Counted from the stretch's first letter, positions 51,331 to 62,784 are shown. The stretch: DNA of 64,000 nucleotides from Gammaproteobacteria bacterium (GCA_050306135.1 JBNLGQ010000040.1:14385-78384), one strand, 5' to 3'. Notes: generated by a model not told the origin, from the letters alone. Made by a program: numbers and translations.

Positions 51331-52142
51331 GCCGTATCAGCCAGAAATTTTCCGATTTAGGTCAGCAAAAAGCCCTGATTCCCTTTATCACTGCTGGTGA
51401 TCCTCAACCTGATTTTACTGTGCCTTTAATGCATCAACTGGTGGCTTCAGGAGCCAGTATTATTGAGTTAGGCGTGCCTTTTTCAGACCCAATGGCGGAT
51501 GGCCCGGTTATACAGGCCGCTGATGAAAGAGCGTTGGCTCATCATGTGAGTCTTAAAGATGTAATCGCTATGGTGGCAGAGTTTAGACAAACGGATAATG
51601 CTACCCCGGTGGTTTTGATGGGCTACCTCAATCCGATTGAGATTATGGGTTATCAACTGTTTGCCGAGCAGGCATCGGCTGCGGGTGTAGACGGTGTGCT
51701 GGTGGTCGATATGCCGCCTGAAGAGGGTGAAGAGTTCACCGCTTTGATGCAACAGTATGACATTAATACGATATTCCTGATTTCTCCAAATACGGATGCA
51801 GAACGTATCGAAAAGATTAATAAACTCGCTTCAGGTTATTTATACTATGTCTCGCTAAAAGGTGTGACTGGAGCGAATACACTGGATGTCGATTCGGTAG
51901 CAGAAAAACTTCAACAAATTCGATCTATTTCTAACCTGCCGGTTGGTGTAGGCTTTGGCATTAAGGATGGAAAAACCGCACAGGCTGTGGCTAAAGTTGC
52001 CGATGCTGTCGTTGTGGGCTCTGCTCTGGTCAATAGAATTGCAGACAACCAGAATGATCAGAATAAAATGAACCAGGAATCGGCAGAACTCATGCATGAA
52101 ATGCGTAGCATGATGGATGAGGCAACAATAATTCACAGGTAA
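51327..52142 (+). CDS. trpA: Tryptophan synthase alpha chain
   Basis: [25 protein letters not shown]. Confidence 0.97.
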   Translation: MSRISQKFSDLGQQKALIPFITAGDPQPDFTVPLMHQLVASGASIIELGVPFSDPMADGPVIQAADERALAHHVSLKDVIAMVAEFRQTDNATPVVLMGYLNPIEIMGYQLFAEQASAAGVDGVLVVDMPPEEGEEFTALMQQYDINTIFLISPNTDAERIEKINKLASGYLYYVSLKGVTGANTLDVDSVAEKLQQIRSISNLPVGVGFGIKDGKTAQAVAKVADAVVVGSALVNRIADNQNDQNKMNQESAELMHEMRSMMDEATIIHR

Positions 52143-52146
52143 CAAT

Positions 52147-53007
52147 ATGAGCTGGTTTGACAAGATTTTACCCTCCATCCGTACCAGCGGGGGTAATGAT
52201 AAAAAGAATGTACCCGAAGGCCTGTGGGCCAAATGTAACTCCTGCGATGCGATTATTTATCGTGCTGAGCTTGAGCGTAATAAAGACGTCTGTACCAAAT
52301 GTGATCATCACATGCGCCAGCCTGCAAGACGCAGACTGGAACAGTTTCTGGATGAAGAAGGGCGTATTGAAATTGCGCCTAATCTGGAAGCCGAGGATAT
52401 CCTTAAGTTCAAAGATGATAAAAAATATCGCGACCGCTTAAATGCAGCGCAGAAAGCTACCGGTGAAAAAGATGCTCTGGTGGTCATGAAAGGTTCAGTT
52501 AAAGGGCTTAACCTTGTTGCGGCAGCGTTTGAATTTGGTTTTATGGGTGGGTCTATGGGCTCTGTAGTGGGTGAAAAGTTTGTACGAGCCGCTAATACCT
52601 GTCTGGAACATAACATTCCTCTGGTTTGTTTCACCGCCAGTGGTGGTGCACGCATGCAGGAAGCATTGATTTCTCTGTTTCAAATGGCAAAAACCTCTGC
52701 CGTATTAACCCGCTTATCACGTCGAGGTATTCCCTTTATCTCGGTACTGACTGATCCCACCATGGGGGGGGTATCAGCAAGTTTCGCGATGCTGGGTGAT
52801 ATCCATATTGCCGAGCCTAATGCATTGATTGGGTTTGCTGGACCACGTGTTATCGAACAGACGGTTCGTGAACAATTGCCCGAAGGTTTTCAGCGCAGCG
52901 AATTTCTTCTCGAACATGGCGCTATCGATATGATTGTGGATAGGCGAGAACTGCGGGATAAGATCAGTTCTATCTGTGCCATGCTGTCTGACCAACCTTC
53001 ACCCTGA
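52147..53007 (+). CDS. accD: Acetyl-CoA carboxylase carboxyltransferase beta subunit
   Basis: Zn finger, [22 protein letters not shown]. Confidence 0.97.
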   Translation: MSWFDKILPSIRTSGGNDKKNVPEGLWAKCNSCDAIIYRAELERNKDVCTKCDHHMRQPARRRLEQFLDEEGRIEIAPNLEAEDILKFKDDKKYRDRLNAAQKATGEKDALVVMKGSVKGLNLVAAAFEFGFMGGSMGSVVGEKFVRAANTCLEHNIPLVCFTASGGARMQEALISLFQMAKTSAVLTRLSRRGIPFISVLTDPTMGGVSASFAMLGDIHIAEPNALIGFAGPRVIEQTVREQLPEGFQRSEFLLEHGAIDMIVDRRELRDKISSICAMLSDQPSP

Positions 53008-53020
53008 TACTGAACATGCA

Positions 53021-53203
53021 ATGATTAGCCTGGCGATAATTGCCTTAGTTTCTTTGCTGTGTATTGTGATGGCGCACCGCATGGCAAAGAAAAAAGGGCT
53101 AAATGCTGTTTTATGGGGAGTGCTAGGCGGTACTTTTGGACCTCTTGTGTTCCCAATTTTAATCTCAATTCCGTCCAGGAAGAAACCTTCCGATACTCTT
53201 TGA
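53021..53203 (+). CDS. Small 2-TM membrane protein (60 aa)
   Basis: MISLAIIALVSLLCIVMAHRMAKKKGLNAVLWGVLGGTFGPL; fills the accD-folC gap. Confidence 0.65.
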   Translation: MISLAIIALVSLLCIVMAHRMAKKKGLNAVLWGVLGGTFGPLVFPILISIPSRKKPSDTL

Positions 53204-53251
53204 GCCTGCTCGGGTAAAACCGGCACCTGAAAATTTTCTGTATGTTTGAAT

Positions 53252-54529
53252 ATGCGATTTGATAATCTGGATGACTGGTTAGACTGGCAACAACAGCTTA
53301 ACCCAAAATCTATTGACCTTGGGCTGCATCGTGTGTCCAGGGTATTCCAGCGTTTACAATTGACTGGCCTGAAACGAGTGATAACCGTAGCAGGCACCAA
53401 TGGTAAAGGCTCAACTGTTGCCTACTACGAAAGCTGGTTGAAAAATGCAGGTTTCAGCGTAGCCAGTTATACCTCTCCTCACCTTTTGCATTACAACGAA
53501 CGTATCAAGATCAATCTACAGCCCGTTTCAGATCAGCTTTTGTGTGATGCTTTTGACCGCATTGATCAGCTGCGTGAGGATATTCAGTTAACCTATTTTG
53601 AATTTGGAACCCTGGCTGCCCTGATATTAATGAGTGATTTTTCTCCCGATTTTTCTATTCTGGAAGTGGGGCTGGGAGGTCGACTGGATGCTGTCAATAT
53701 CATCGATACGGATCTGGCACACCTTACGCCCATAGGTCTGGATCATCAGGGCTGGTTAGGTAACGATCGCGAAACAATCGGTGCTGAAAAAGCAGGTATT
53801 TTACGTAAGGGATGTCTAGCCGTATGCAGTGATAGCCAGCCACCTGGCAGTGTGCTCGAACGACTGGATACGCTTGAATGTGATTACTCACTGGCGGGTC
53901 GAGATTATCAATATACCTGGGTCGATGATCATACGATAGTCTGGAAAGGACGAGACCATGAAGTTAGGCTGACTCCTCCATTACCTGGCATGCATCAGGC
54001 GCAAAACGTGAGTGGTGTATTGGCGGGACTGGAATTACTGGGCTGTTTAGAAGGTCAGGATAGTGAGCGTATTGCAGCTCATTTTTCAGGCGTCAGTTGT
54101 ACTGGTCGATTGCAGACGCTTGATTACCCAGGTTTCAGTGGACGACTTATGGTTGATGTTGGGCATAATCCACAAGCCGCACAGGTTATTGCCAGTTTTT
54201 TAAAAACATTGAAACCACGACATAAAGTAACGGTCTTACTCGGCATGCTGGATGATAAAGATAGTGCTGCTTATGTTGCGGAGCTTTCTGCGTTTGTTGA
54301 TGAATGGTGGCTGGTGACTTTATCTGGTGACCGGGGTTTAACTTCGCAGCAGTTATTTCAGCGACTATCAGCCCAGCAACTTAATAATGTACAGCTTTTC
54401 GAATCAGTTGATGCGGCCTTATCAGAGGCCATGCCATCTCTGGGTAATCAGGATATACTACTGGCCACTGGTTCCTTCCTGACTGTAGAAGCCGTATTAA
54501 AATATTCCGAACAAATTTCTGAGCAATAA
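53252..54529 (+). CDS. folC: Dihydrofolate/folylpolyglutamate synthase
   Basis: VAGTNGKGST, YTSPHL, EVGLGGRLDAVN, DVGHNP. Confidence 0.96.
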   Translation: MRFDNLDDWLDWQQQLNPKSIDLGLHRVSRVFQRLQLTGLKRVITVAGTNGKGSTVAYYESWLKNAGFSVASYTSPHLLHYNERIKINLQPVSDQLLCDAFDRIDQLREDIQLTYFEFGTLAALILMSDFSPDFSILEVGLGGRLDAVNIIDTDLAHLTPIGLDHQGWLGNDRETIGAEKAGILRKGCLAVCSDSQPPGSVLERLDTLECDYSLAGRDYQYTWVDDHTIVWKGRDHEVRLTPPLPGMHQAQNVSGVLAGLELLGCLEGQDSERIAAHFSGVSCTGRLQTLDYPGFSGRLMVDVGHNPQAAQVIASFLKTLKPRHKVTVLLGMLDDKDSAAYVAELSAFVDEWWLVTLSGDRGLTSQQLFQRLSAQQLNNVQLFESVDAALSEAMPSLGNQDILLATGSFLTVEAVLKYSEQISEQ

Positions 54530-55206
54530 TGGATCAACAACTTAAACAGCGACTGGTCGGTATAAGCGTAATATTTGCGCTCGCTGTCATTTTCTTACCG
54601 ATGATTCTGGATGGGTCAGGCCAGCACCTGGAAAAGCTGGATGTCCAAATCCCCATTCCTCCAAGGGTTGAGTCTCGAGTTGATGTTAAGCAACAGGTTA
54701 TTGAGTTGAAGCGTAAGGTTGATGCGTTACCTGAGATGAGCGCTGTGATAGTCGATGAGGTAAGTGATGCACAGGTAAAACCCGAAGAGCCCGCTAAAGC
54801 TCAAAACAGCGAAACCGCTACTGAGGATACGAAAGTTACGCAGCCCATAGCCGCTAAACCAAAGCCTGAACCAAAGCCTGAACCAACGCCTCCAGTCGCC
54901 AAAGAACCCGTTAAAAAGGTAACGCCTAAAGTCACAGCTGCCCCCGAAAAAGCTTTGGCAGGAGGTGATCAATGGGTCATTCAGGTAGGCAGCTTTCATG
55001 ATAAGGATAAGGCTTACAAACAACGCGACCTGTTAAGAAAATCTCGCCTGTCGGCAGTATTTATCGAAAAATTCTCAAAGGATGGTTCACTCAGCTATAG
55101 AGTTCGTATGGGGCCGTTTCTAACGCGTGATAAAGCTAAGGTAGTGAAAAACAAGGTACTTGCCAAATACAATATCAAGGGCTGGTTGATGAAGTATGAA
55201 AAATGA
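54529..55206 (+). CDS. dedD: SPOR-domain cell division protein DedD
   Basis: KQRLVG TM, Pro/Lys-rich linker, SPOR WVIQVGSF; folC-dedD-cvpA synteny. Confidence 0.85.
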   Translation: MDQQLKQRLVGISVIFALAVIFLPMILDGSGQHLEKLDVQIPIPPRVESRVDVKQQVIELKRKVDALPEMSAVIVDEVSDAQVKPEEPAKAQNSETATEDTKVTQPIAAKPKPEPKPEPTPPVAKEPVKKVTPKVTAAPEKALAGGDQWVIQVGSFHDKDKAYKQRDLLRKSRLSAVFIEKFSKDGSLSYRVRMGPFLTRDKAKVVKNKVLAKYNIKGWLMKYEK

Positions 55207-55306
55207 GTTTACTGATACAAAATTAACCCTTCAATTAATCGTTTTATAAGGACGCTAGTAAAGCTGGCATGTTAAAATCCCGCTTTTTCAAGATACAGAG
55301 GCATTA

Positions 55307-55798
55307 ATGGGCTGGTTCGATATCGCAATTCTGGTGGTTATACTGATCTCCTGCTTGATCAGTCTGGTCCGTGGATTTGTAAAGGAATCAATATCACTGG
55401 CAACCTGGCTGGTGGCCGGGTTTATTGCGCTCAGGTATCACCCTGCCATGTCTGAACTACTGGCACCCTATATTGAATCACCGACCATCAGTCTGGCAGT
55501 CGCATTTGCGATTTTATTTATTTTAACGCTGATCGTAGGTGCCATTATTAACTATATGGTTAGCCAGTTGGTCACTAAAACTGGTCTAAGCGGCACTGAC
55601 AAGATGCTGGGTATGATCTTTGGTGCTGCGCGAGGCGTATTAATCGTGGCGATGATTGTGTTATTTGCCGGGTTAACCCCGATTCCTTCAGAAACTTGGT
55701 GGCAGGAATCTATGATGGTTGATCATTTTATGAAAGTGGCTATCTGGATAAAGGATATCCTACCTACTGACATTGCCAGTCATTTTAGTTTTTCATAG
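55307..55798 (+). CDS. cvpA: Colicin V production protein CvpA
   Basis: RGFVKESISL, LSGTDKMLGMIFGAARG. Confidence 0.93.
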   Translation: MGWFDIAILVVILISCLISLVRGFVKESISLATWLVAGFIALRYHPAMSELLAPYIESPTISLAVAFAILFILTLIVGAIINYMVSQLVTKTGLSGTDKMLGMIFGAARGVLIVAMIVLFAGLTPIPSETWWQESMMVDHFMKVAIWIKDILPTDIASHFSFS

Positions 55799-55819
55799 TC
55801 CAGTTCGAGAGAAAATCGC

Positions 55820-57331
55820 ATGTGTGGAATAGTTGGTATCGTTGGGATTCAGCCCGTAGCTCAGGTTATTTACGATAGCCTGCTGGTATTACAACACCGG
55901 GGGCAGGACTCAGCTGGAATGGTAACCTGCGAAGGTAATAAACTACATCTTCGTAAGGATAATGGGATGGTAAGCGATACCTTTCACACCCGTCATATGC
56001 TCAAGCTACGGGGTAATATGGGAATAGGGCATGTTCGTTACCCTACTGCAGGTTGTTCATCATCAGCCGAGGCACAGCCCTTTTATGTCAACTCCCCCTA
56101 CGGTATCTCGCTGGCACACAATGGCAATTTAACCAATGTTGATAAATTAAAGGCTGATCTTTATGCGGAAGATCGCCGTCATATCAATACCGAATCTGAT
56201 TCAGAAGTGTTACTCAATGTGCTGGCGCATGAGTTACAGGAGTCTGGAAAGCTTAAGCTTGAAGTTGACGATATCTTTCAGGCTGTGGCTGCTACCCATA
56301 AACGTATTGAAGGTGCTTACGCCGTTGTTGCCATGCTCACAGGGCGTGGCATATTGGCATTTCGTGATATCTGTGGCATTCGCCCGGTTGTTTACGGTAA
56401 AAGAGTGACCGATCAGGGAACCGAGTATATGGTCGCCTCTGAATCGGTGGCTTTACAGGCATCTGGTTTTGATCTGGTAGCAGATCTTAAGCCCGGCGAA
56501 GCGATTTACATTAGTGATATAGGTGAAATTCATATCCGTCAATGTGCTGAACATAGTCAATTATCACCCTGTATTTTTGAACATGTCTACATGGCGCGTC
56601 CTGACTCAGTGATCGATGATATCTATGTCTACAAGGCTCGCTTACGTATGGGTGTAACGCTGGCGGAAAAGATTCTACGAGAACGTCCAGATCACGATAT
56701 TGATGTAGTAATTCCTATTCCCGATACCAGCAGGCCCTCGGCGATGGAACTCGCCTATCATCTGGGCGTGAAATTTCGAGAGGGCTTTATCAAAAATCGC
56801 TATATTGGACGTACCTTTATCATGCCGGGACAGACTCTGCGTAAGAAATCGGTACGTCGTAAGCTCAACCCTATCGACATTGAATTCAAAGGCAAGAATG
56901 TATTGCTGGTAGACGATTCCATCGTGCGTGGTACAACATCACAGCAGATTATCGAAATGGCACGTGATGCTGGTGCTAATAAGGTCTATATGGCTTCAGC
57001 TGCGCCACCGGTAAGATTCCCTAATGTTTATGGCATAGATATGCCTGCAGTGGATGAGTTGATTGCACATAATCGTACGTCTGATGAGGTAGGTGAGCTG
57101 ATTGGTGCGGACTGGATGATTTATCAGGATCTGGAAGATTTAATAGAAGCGGTGCGTAAGGGTAATCCTTCCATCAAGGAGTTTGACTGTTCCTGCTTCG
57201 ATGGCAAATATGTCACTCAGAATATCAGCAGTGATTACCTCAATAGAGTGCAATCCATCCGTAATGACTCCGCCAAGCAAAGCAGTGAAGAAGCGCAGGT
57301 CGTGGGCATGGAACTGCATAATAACGCCTGA
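55820..57331 (+). CDS. purF: Amidophosphoribosyltransferase
   Basis: [25 protein letters not shown]. Confidence 0.98.
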   Translation: MCGIVGIVGIQPVAQVIYDSLLVLQHRGQDSAGMVTCEGNKLHLRKDNGMVSDTFHTRHMLKLRGNMGIGHVRYPTAGCSSSAEAQPFYVNSPYGISLAHNGNLTNVDKLKADLYAEDRRHINTESDSEVLLNVLAHELQESGKLKLEVDDIFQAVAATHKRIEGAYAVVAMLTGRGILAFRDICGIRPVVYGKRVTDQGTEYMVASESVALQASGFDLVADLKPGEAIYISDIGEIHIRQCAEHSQLSPCIFEHVYMARPDSVIDDIYVYKARLRMGVTLAEKILRERPDHDIDVVIPIPDTSRPSAMELAYHLGVKFREGFIKNRYIGRTFIMPGQTLRKKSVRRKLNPIDIEFKGKNVLLVDDSIVRGTTSQQIIEMARDAGANKVYMASAAPPVRFPNVYGIDMPAVDELIAHNRTSDEVGELIGADWMIYQDLEDLIEAVRKGNPSIKEFDCSCFDGKYVTQNISSDYLNRVQSIRNDSAKQSSEEAQVVGMELHNNA

Positions 57332-57342
57332 CCCTGTATAGC

Positions 57343-57888
57343 ATGTTGCTGTGGCAGAGGTTACAGAATTTAATCAAGTCCGCAGGGGTTGAGCTTTCAC
57401 AGTGTAACCCTGATCATTCGCTGGTCTATATCAATATTGATCAGCAATTACTGAGTCTGGTTACTCCAGATTCAGTGCCGTTACGATCCTACCCGGTCTC
57501 AACTTCACGCAATGGACCTGGCCAACAGGAGAATAGCTTTAAAACACCACTCGGCATCCATAAAATTGAACGCAAGATTGGTCAGGGTGAACCTCTGGGT
57601 CGTGTATTCAGGGCAAGAGTCGCGACTGATGAACTCAGTTATGCTGAAGACTATCAGGGCGAGCAGGATATTATCAGTAGCCGTATCCTGTGGTTAAAGG
57701 GCCTGCAACCCGGGTGGAACTTAGGTGGTGAGGTGGATACCTTTGATCGCTATATCTATATCCATGGTACGCCAGATGAAGCGCATATAGGCCAGTCTGT
57801 GTCACAGGGATGTATCCGCATGAAAAACCATCATGTGATTGAGCTGTTTGATCAGGTTGATGAAAATGATGTGGTGATTATCGAATAA
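57343..57888 (+). CDS. YkuD-family L,D-transpeptidase-like protein
   Basis: TPLG, YIHGT...SQGCIRM. Confidence 0.88.
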   Translation: MLLWQRLQNLIKSAGVELSQCNPDHSLVYINIDQQLLSLVTPDSVPLRSYPVSTSRNGPGQQENSFKTPLGIHKIERKIGQGEPLGRVFRARVATDELSYAEDYQGEQDIISSRILWLKGLQPGWNLGGEVDTFDRYIYIHGTPDEAHIGQSVSQGCIRMKNHHVIELFDQVDENDVVIIE

Positions 57889-57988
57889 AACGGGACCATA
57901 TCACTGCCGTTTTGGTTCACTTAAACGCTGTATAATGGCGTTGAATACTGCTAGTATCGCGTCAGTTTTGATAGCCCTCAGGTCCCTT

Positions 57989-58480
57989 ATGGAACGAATA
58001 GTTGAATCCATTTTTTATGCCAGCCGCTGGTTGCTCGCACCTATCTATTTCGGTCTTTCCCTCGCTTTAGTATTGCTTGGAATCAAGTTTTTCGGGCATC
58101 TGATTCATGCCTTGCCGATGGTTTTTTCATCCTCTGAATCTGACCTGATTCTAGCCGTGTTGTCGCTGATTGATCTGTCTCTGGTCGGTGGCTTACTGGT
58201 TATGGTGATGTTCAGTGGTTACGAAAACTTTATCTCACAATTAAACCTTGAAGAGCATAAGGAAAAGCTTGCATGGCTGGGTAAACTGGACTCAGGTAGT
58301 TTAAAGCAGAAAGTGGCGGCTTCTATCGTAGCGATCTCATCTATTCACCTGCTGCAGAAATTCATGGATGCTGAATCGATAGAGAATGAAAAATTGATGT
58401 GGTATGTCATCATACATCTGACCTTTGTGGTCTCCGCCATAGGCATGGCAGTGGTGGATAAGATGAATACCAAGCACTGA
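57989..58480 (+). CDS. UPF0114/YqhA (TIGR00645) membrane protein
   Basis: [31 protein letters not shown]. Confidence 0.9.
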   Translation: MERIVESIFYASRWLLAPIYFGLSLALVLLGIKFFGHLIHALPMVFSSSESDLILAVLSLIDLSLVGGLLVMVMFSGYENFISQLNLEEHKEKLAWLGKLDSGSLKQKVAASIVAISSIHLLQKFMDAESIENEKLMWYVIIHLTFVVSAIGMAVVDKMNTKH

Positions 58481-58490
58481 CAATAGATGT

Positions 58491-58519
58491 TTGACAGCGG
58501 GCAAAGCTAAAGTTATGGT
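58491..58519 (+). promoter_or_regulatory. Sigma-70 promoter for the riboswitch-metZ transcript
   Basis: TTGACA-N17-TATGGT. Confidence 0.65.
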
Positions 58520-58529
58520 TAGCCCTTAT

Positions 58530-58583
58530 AGCGCCGATTTGTATCTCGGCTTGCAGGCGCTCAATAAATCTAGCTAAAGAGGG
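58530..58583 (+). ncRNA. SAM-II riboswitch
   Basis: AGCGCC-GATTT...TTGCA-GGCGCT-CAATAAAT-CTAGCTAAAGAGGG fits the SAM-II consensus; upstream of metZ. Confidence 0.9.
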
Positions 58584-58650
58584 TGATGTGCTTTCATTCG
58601 ACAGCACTTCGATTGATAACCCTCCCGAGTTCTTATCCTGGGAGTACAGT

Positions 58651-59826
58651 ATGAACGACGATTTTTATAATTTTGATACCCTCGCTATACGCAGTGGTCA
58701 TCAGCGTACTGCTGAAGGTGAACATAGCGAACCTATTTTTCCTACCTCAAGTTTTGTGTTTAATTCTGCCGCAGAGGCAGCCGCCAGGTTTTCCGGTGAA
58801 CAACCCGGCAATATCTATGCGCGCTTCACCAATCCCACGGTGCGCGCATTTGAACAACGCCTGGCGGCGCTGGAAGGTGCTGAGAGCTGTGTGGCAACTG
58901 CTTCGGGCATGGCGGCGATATTGTCGGTATGTCTGGGGCTGTTAAAGACTGGCGATCATATAGTGTGTTCACGCTCGGTTTTTGGAACAACTACCGTGTT
59001 ATTCGAGAAATATCTGGGTAAATTTGGTGTTGCCACGACCTTCGTTGATCAGACTGATGTTGAGGCCTGGGCACAGGCGATCAGTGCGCAAACTAGAATC
59101 CTGTTTCTTGAAACACCCTCCAACCCGCTGACCGAAGTGGCGGATATTCAGGCAATGGCAGATCTTGCACATGCGCATGATTGCCTGCTGGTTGTGGATA
59201 ATTGTTTCTGTACTCCGGCATTGCAACAGCCCCTGAAATTTGGTGCTGATATCATAGTGCATTCGGCTACCAAGTATCTGGATGGGCAGGGTCGCATCGT
59301 CGGCGGTGCCGTAGTCGGTAATAAGGAGCTGGTGGGGACTGAGATTTTTGGCGTGATACGTTCCGCTGGCCCAAGTATGAGCCCGTTTAACGCCTGGGTA
59401 GCACTGAAAGGACTGGAAACCCTGTCGTTACGTATGAAGGCTCATTCCAGCAACGCTATGCAGCTTGCCGAATTTCTACAACAGCAGCCACAGATTGAGC
59501 GTGTATTTTATGCCGGGCTGGCAGATCATCCTCAGCATGAATTGGCCAAAGCCCAGCAAAAAGACTTTGGGGGTATTGTTTCCTTTCAGGTCAAAGGCGG
59601 TCGAGAACAGGCATGGAATCTAATCGATGAAACCCGTATGTTGTCTATTACAGCCAATTTGGGCGATACCAAAACCACTATTACTCATCCTGCTTCAACC
59701 ACTCACGGTCGTTTAAGCGATGAACAAAAACAGGCATCCGGTATCACTGAAAACCTGTTAAGAGTCGCTGTAGGTCTGGAGGATATTGAAGATATTATAC
59801 GAGACATTACAAGAGGTCTGGGATAG
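58651..59826 (+). CDS. metZ: O-succinylhomoserine sulfhydrylase
   Basis: YARFTNPT, SGMAA, ETPSNP, HSATKYLDGQGR, ITANLGDTKT; in-frame upstream GTG at 58588. Confidence 0.95.
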   Translation: MNDDFYNFDTLAIRSGHQRTAEGEHSEPIFPTSSFVFNSAAEAAARFSGEQPGNIYARFTNPTVRAFEQRLAALEGAESCVATASGMAAILSVCLGLLKTGDHIVCSRSVFGTTTVLFEKYLGKFGVATTFVDQTDVEAWAQAISAQTRILFLETPSNPLTEVADIQAMADLAHAHDCLLVVDNCFCTPALQQPLKFGADIIVHSATKYLDGQGRIVGGAVVGNKELVGTEIFGVIRSAGPSMSPFNAWVALKGLETLSLRMKAHSSNAMQLAEFLQQQPQIERVFYAGLADHPQHELAKAQQKDFGGIVSFQVKGGREQAWNLIDETRMLSITANLGDTKTTITHPASTTHGRLSDEQKQASGITENLLRVAVGLEDIEDIIRDITRGLG

Positions 59827-59832
59827 TCAGAA

Positions 59833-60633
59833 ATGTCGGACGACCTGTATGCGACAATCTATCAGGCTATCGCTGAGACTGATCCGCTAGCCAAATGCCA
59901 GTTAGTCGAGGCGCTTTTTGCAGGCTGGTCTGATGGCGAGCTACTGCGTCTGAATACTGCTGAGGTTCTGGATATCGACATACCGGGGCGTCCACAGCAT
60001 CCAGAGCTGGTTGATCCGCGCAAGGTACCACGCAGATCCCTGGCCACAGAACAGGGCAGGGTAGTTATGTTGCACTCCTTTGCACATATCGAATTTAATG
60101 CCATCAATCTGGCGCTGGATGCAGCCTACCGCTTTCGTGATATGCCGGATGACTATGTCAGCGACTGGTTAAAGGTTGCTCGCGAAGAGGCTTATCATTA
60201 CAAACTGGTGGCAGATTATTTGATAGATCTGGGTTCCAGCTACGGTGCTTTTTCTGCACATAACGGCCTCTGGGATATGGTGTGTAAAACGCGCCACGAT
60301 GTATTGCATCGTATGGCACTGGTGCCGAGGGTAATGGAAGCCCGCGGGCTGGATGTGACGCCGGGCTTAATGCAGAAATTTGCTCAGATTGGCGATCAAC
60401 GTACTGTCAATATTTTGCAGGTAATCTATCAGGAGGAAATTGGGCATGTATCTATTGGCAATCGTTGGTATCACTATTGCTGTGACCAACGAGGCTTGAA
60501 TCCTCAGGATACCTTTGTATCCTTGATAGCTGAATACTTTTCAGGCTGTTTACGTGGGCCCTTCAATCATGCTGCCAGATTAGAAGCAGGGTTTGAGGAG
60601 GATGAATTGAATCAACTGGAAAACTGTTTATGA
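59833..60633 (+). CDS. DUF455 ferritin-like di-iron protein
   Basis: HIEFNAINLA, EEAYH, EARGLD, EEIGHV. Confidence 0.9.
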   Translation: MSDDLYATIYQAIAETDPLAKCQLVEALFAGWSDGELLRLNTAEVLDIDIPGRPQHPELVDPRKVPRRSLATEQGRVVMLHSFAHIEFNAINLALDAAYRFRDMPDDYVSDWLKVAREEAYHYKLVADYLIDLGSSYGAFSAHNGLWDMVCKTRHDVLHRMALVPRVMEARGLDVTPGLMQKFAQIGDQRTVNILQVIYQEEIGHVSIGNRWYHYCCDQRGLNPQDTFVSLIAEYFSGCLRGPFNHAARLEAGFEEDELNQLENCL

Positions 60634-61316
60634 AAAAATATCTGGCCATTGTTTGTGTAGCTTTGTTGCTGCTTGGTCGCCTGGCTTTTGCATCAGATAT
60701 ACCTGTGACCCAGCTGATCTTTGAAGAGTTGGAGCCAGGGATCGATCCCTATACCACTCGTCTGTTAATGAATAAACGCTATTTGCGTTTTGATGATGGG
60801 GATGATGCTGGAGACTTTGTGCTATATGACAGGGTGAAAGGAGAAATCTATAATATTAATCATGATGATCGGTCAATGATCATGATTCAGCGTGGCGCCC
60901 CAATCCAGCTGGATACGTCCGTTCCTTTTACAGTGCAAAGCCGGGTCCTGGAAAATGCGCCGCGGGTGGACAATATGGTGGCGGTCGAACACCAATTTAT
61001 AGCAGAGGGTAAGCTGTGTAAAACGTCGATAAATTTTAACGGCTTGTTACCCCATGTGGTGAAAGCGTTAATCCAGTACCAGTCTGTGTTAATGCAGCAA
61101 AACCAGAAGACTATTTCTACAATGCCTGAGACTGTGAAAACGCCCTGTTATCTGGCTAATAATTACTTTCATCAAAGTGCTGAATACAAGGTGGGGTTTC
61201 CTGTACAGGTTCTTGATTATCAGGGGCGCGAGAAGCGGCTGCTGGATTTTGCCGAAATCAATAAACCATCAAGCTTGTTTGAACGACCTGAAGGCTATCG
61301 GATTTTTTACCCTTAG
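60630..61316 (+). CDS. Exported hypothetical protein
   Basis: Signal peptide ending AFA; ATGA coupling with the upstream gene. Confidence 0.75.
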   Translation: MKKYLAIVCVALLLLGRLAFASDIPVTQLIFEELEPGIDPYTTRLLMNKRYLRFDDGDDAGDFVLYDRVKGEIYNINHDDRSMIMIQRGAPIQLDTSVPFTVQSRVLENAPRVDNMVAVEHQFIAEGKLCKTSINFNGLLPHVVKALIQYQSVLMQQNQKTISTMPETVKTPCYLANNYFHQSAEYKVGFPVQVLDYQGREKRLLDFAEINKPSSLFERPEGYRIFYP

Positions 61317-61317
61317 A

Positions 61318-62049
61318 CTAAGAAGCCGGTAAACGGCAATCATGCAAGGTAAAACAACCCTTATCCCAGCTTAAATAGCTTGCATCAGGCTGCCAGTCAC
61401 CGAGTACGATTCTTTGTTTGTTTGCGTTTAATTGATGAATCGCTGGTCGATGGGTATGGCCATGGATCAATATATCGATCTCCAGATCTGAAAAGGTTTG
61501 TTCAACCGTCTGCTGATTGACATCCATGATTTGATTGGTCTTCTGATTCATTGCCTGGGCTGATTCCTTGCGTAAGGCTTCTGCAATGCTCTGGCGCTCA
61601 GATAATGGTTTGGAGAGAAAATCCTGTTGCCAGAGCGGCTGACGTACCAGCTTGCGAAAATTCTGGTAATCGACATCATCGCTACACAGTATGTCACCAT
61701 GCATGAGTGCAATTTTTTGTTCACCCAGCAGTAATAGTTGAGGCTCAGACAGTAGTGTCATGTTTAGCCTGTTTGACAGCCTGTGGCCAACAAGAAAATC
61801 ACGATTGCCGTGTATGAAATATAGCTCGGCCTGTTTTGAAAACGCTTCTAATGCTGTAAATACTTCCTGAAAAGCCTCTGCTTCATCGTCGTCACCTAGC
61901 CAGACCTCAAATAAGTCGCCGAGAATATACAAAGCCCGCGCATTTTCAGCACGGGCTTTGAGAAAGTCTAAAAAGTGATCGGTGATTTCCTGTTTATTCT
62001 GATCCAGATGCAGATCAGAGATAAACAGGATTTCAGATTTGTCGCTCAC
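61318..62049 (-). CDS. lpxH: UDP-2,3-diacylglucosamine diphosphatase
   Basis: ISDLHL, LGDLFE, GNRDF, HGD, HGHTHRP, LGDW. Confidence 0.96.
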   Translation of the reverse strand: MSDKSEILFISDLHLDQNKQEITDHFLDFLKARAENARALYILGDLFEVWLGDDDEAEAFQEVFTALEAFSKQAELYFIHGNRDFLVGHRLSNRLNMTLLSEPQLLLLGEQKIALMHGDILCSDDVDYQNFRKLVRQPLWQQDFLSKPLSERQSIAEALRKESAQAMNQKTNQIMDVNQQTVEQTFSDLEIDILIHGHTHRPAIHQLNANKQRIVLGDWQPDASYLSWDKGCFTLHDCRLPAS

Positions 62050-62670
62050 TTATAGCTTTTTGACGCCGGTAATGGTGATGGTTTCCAGAGGCACATCCTG
62101 ATGACCGCCTTTGCTACCAGTCTTAACAGCTGCGATTTCGTCGACAACATTCATACCATCGGTAACCTTGCCGAACACGGCATAACCCCAACCTTGCATG
62201 CTTTCGCTGCGGAAGTTTAGGAAATCATTATCTTTGTGGTTAATGAAAAACTGTGAAGTGGCTGAATGTGGATCGTTGGTACGAGCCATTGCCAGTGTGC
62301 CGCGGTCGTTCTTGAGGCCATTGTTGGCTTCATTCTTAATGGGGGCGTGTTTGCTGGGCTTGTCATGCATGTCGGCAGTCAGGCCGCCGCACTGGATCAT
62401 AAAGTTAGGGATCACACGATGGAAAATGGTGTCGGCATAATAACCATCATCAACATAAGTAAGGAAATTGGCGACAGTGTTGGGGGCATTTTCAGCATCC
62501 AGTTCTACTGTGATATTACCTTTAGTAGTTTCAATGACAACAATCGGATTGTTATTTGTTGCATCATTTGTTTCATCATTCATGGATTTTTCACCTTTGA
62601 CGGTATTAAAGAGGGAAAGAGAGAGAATGGCAGTAATAACAACTAATAGTGAAATCAGTGATTTATTCAT
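62050..62670 (-). CDS. ppiB: Cyclophilin-type peptidyl-prolyl isomerase at the ppiB locus, with an N-terminal hydrophobic leader
   Basis: [33 protein letters not shown]; cysS-ppi-lpxH synteny. Confidence 0.85.
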   Translation of the reverse strand: MNKSLISLLVVITAILSLSLFNTVKGEKSMNDETNDATNNNPIVVIETTKGNITVELDAENAPNTVANFLTYVDDGYYADTIFHRVIPNFMIQCGGLTADMHDKPSKHAPIKNEANNGLKNDRGTLAMARTNDPHSATSQFFINHKDNDFLNFRSESMQGWGYAVFGKVTDGMNVVDEIAAVKTGSKGGHQDVPLETITITGVKKL

Positions 62671-62784
62671 CAACTTTCCGTAGGGCGTATTAAAAGAAGC
62701 CGAATTCTAACTGATTTAAAGGTCATGAGGGAAGGGTGCTTGCTGCGGTATTGTTCCTAAAGTTTTCGCTAATTTAGGAAATAA

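Noticed and set aside
54855-54890. CCAAAGCCTGAA tandem repeat
   Set aside because: In-frame PKPE linker of DedD, ordinary low complexity.
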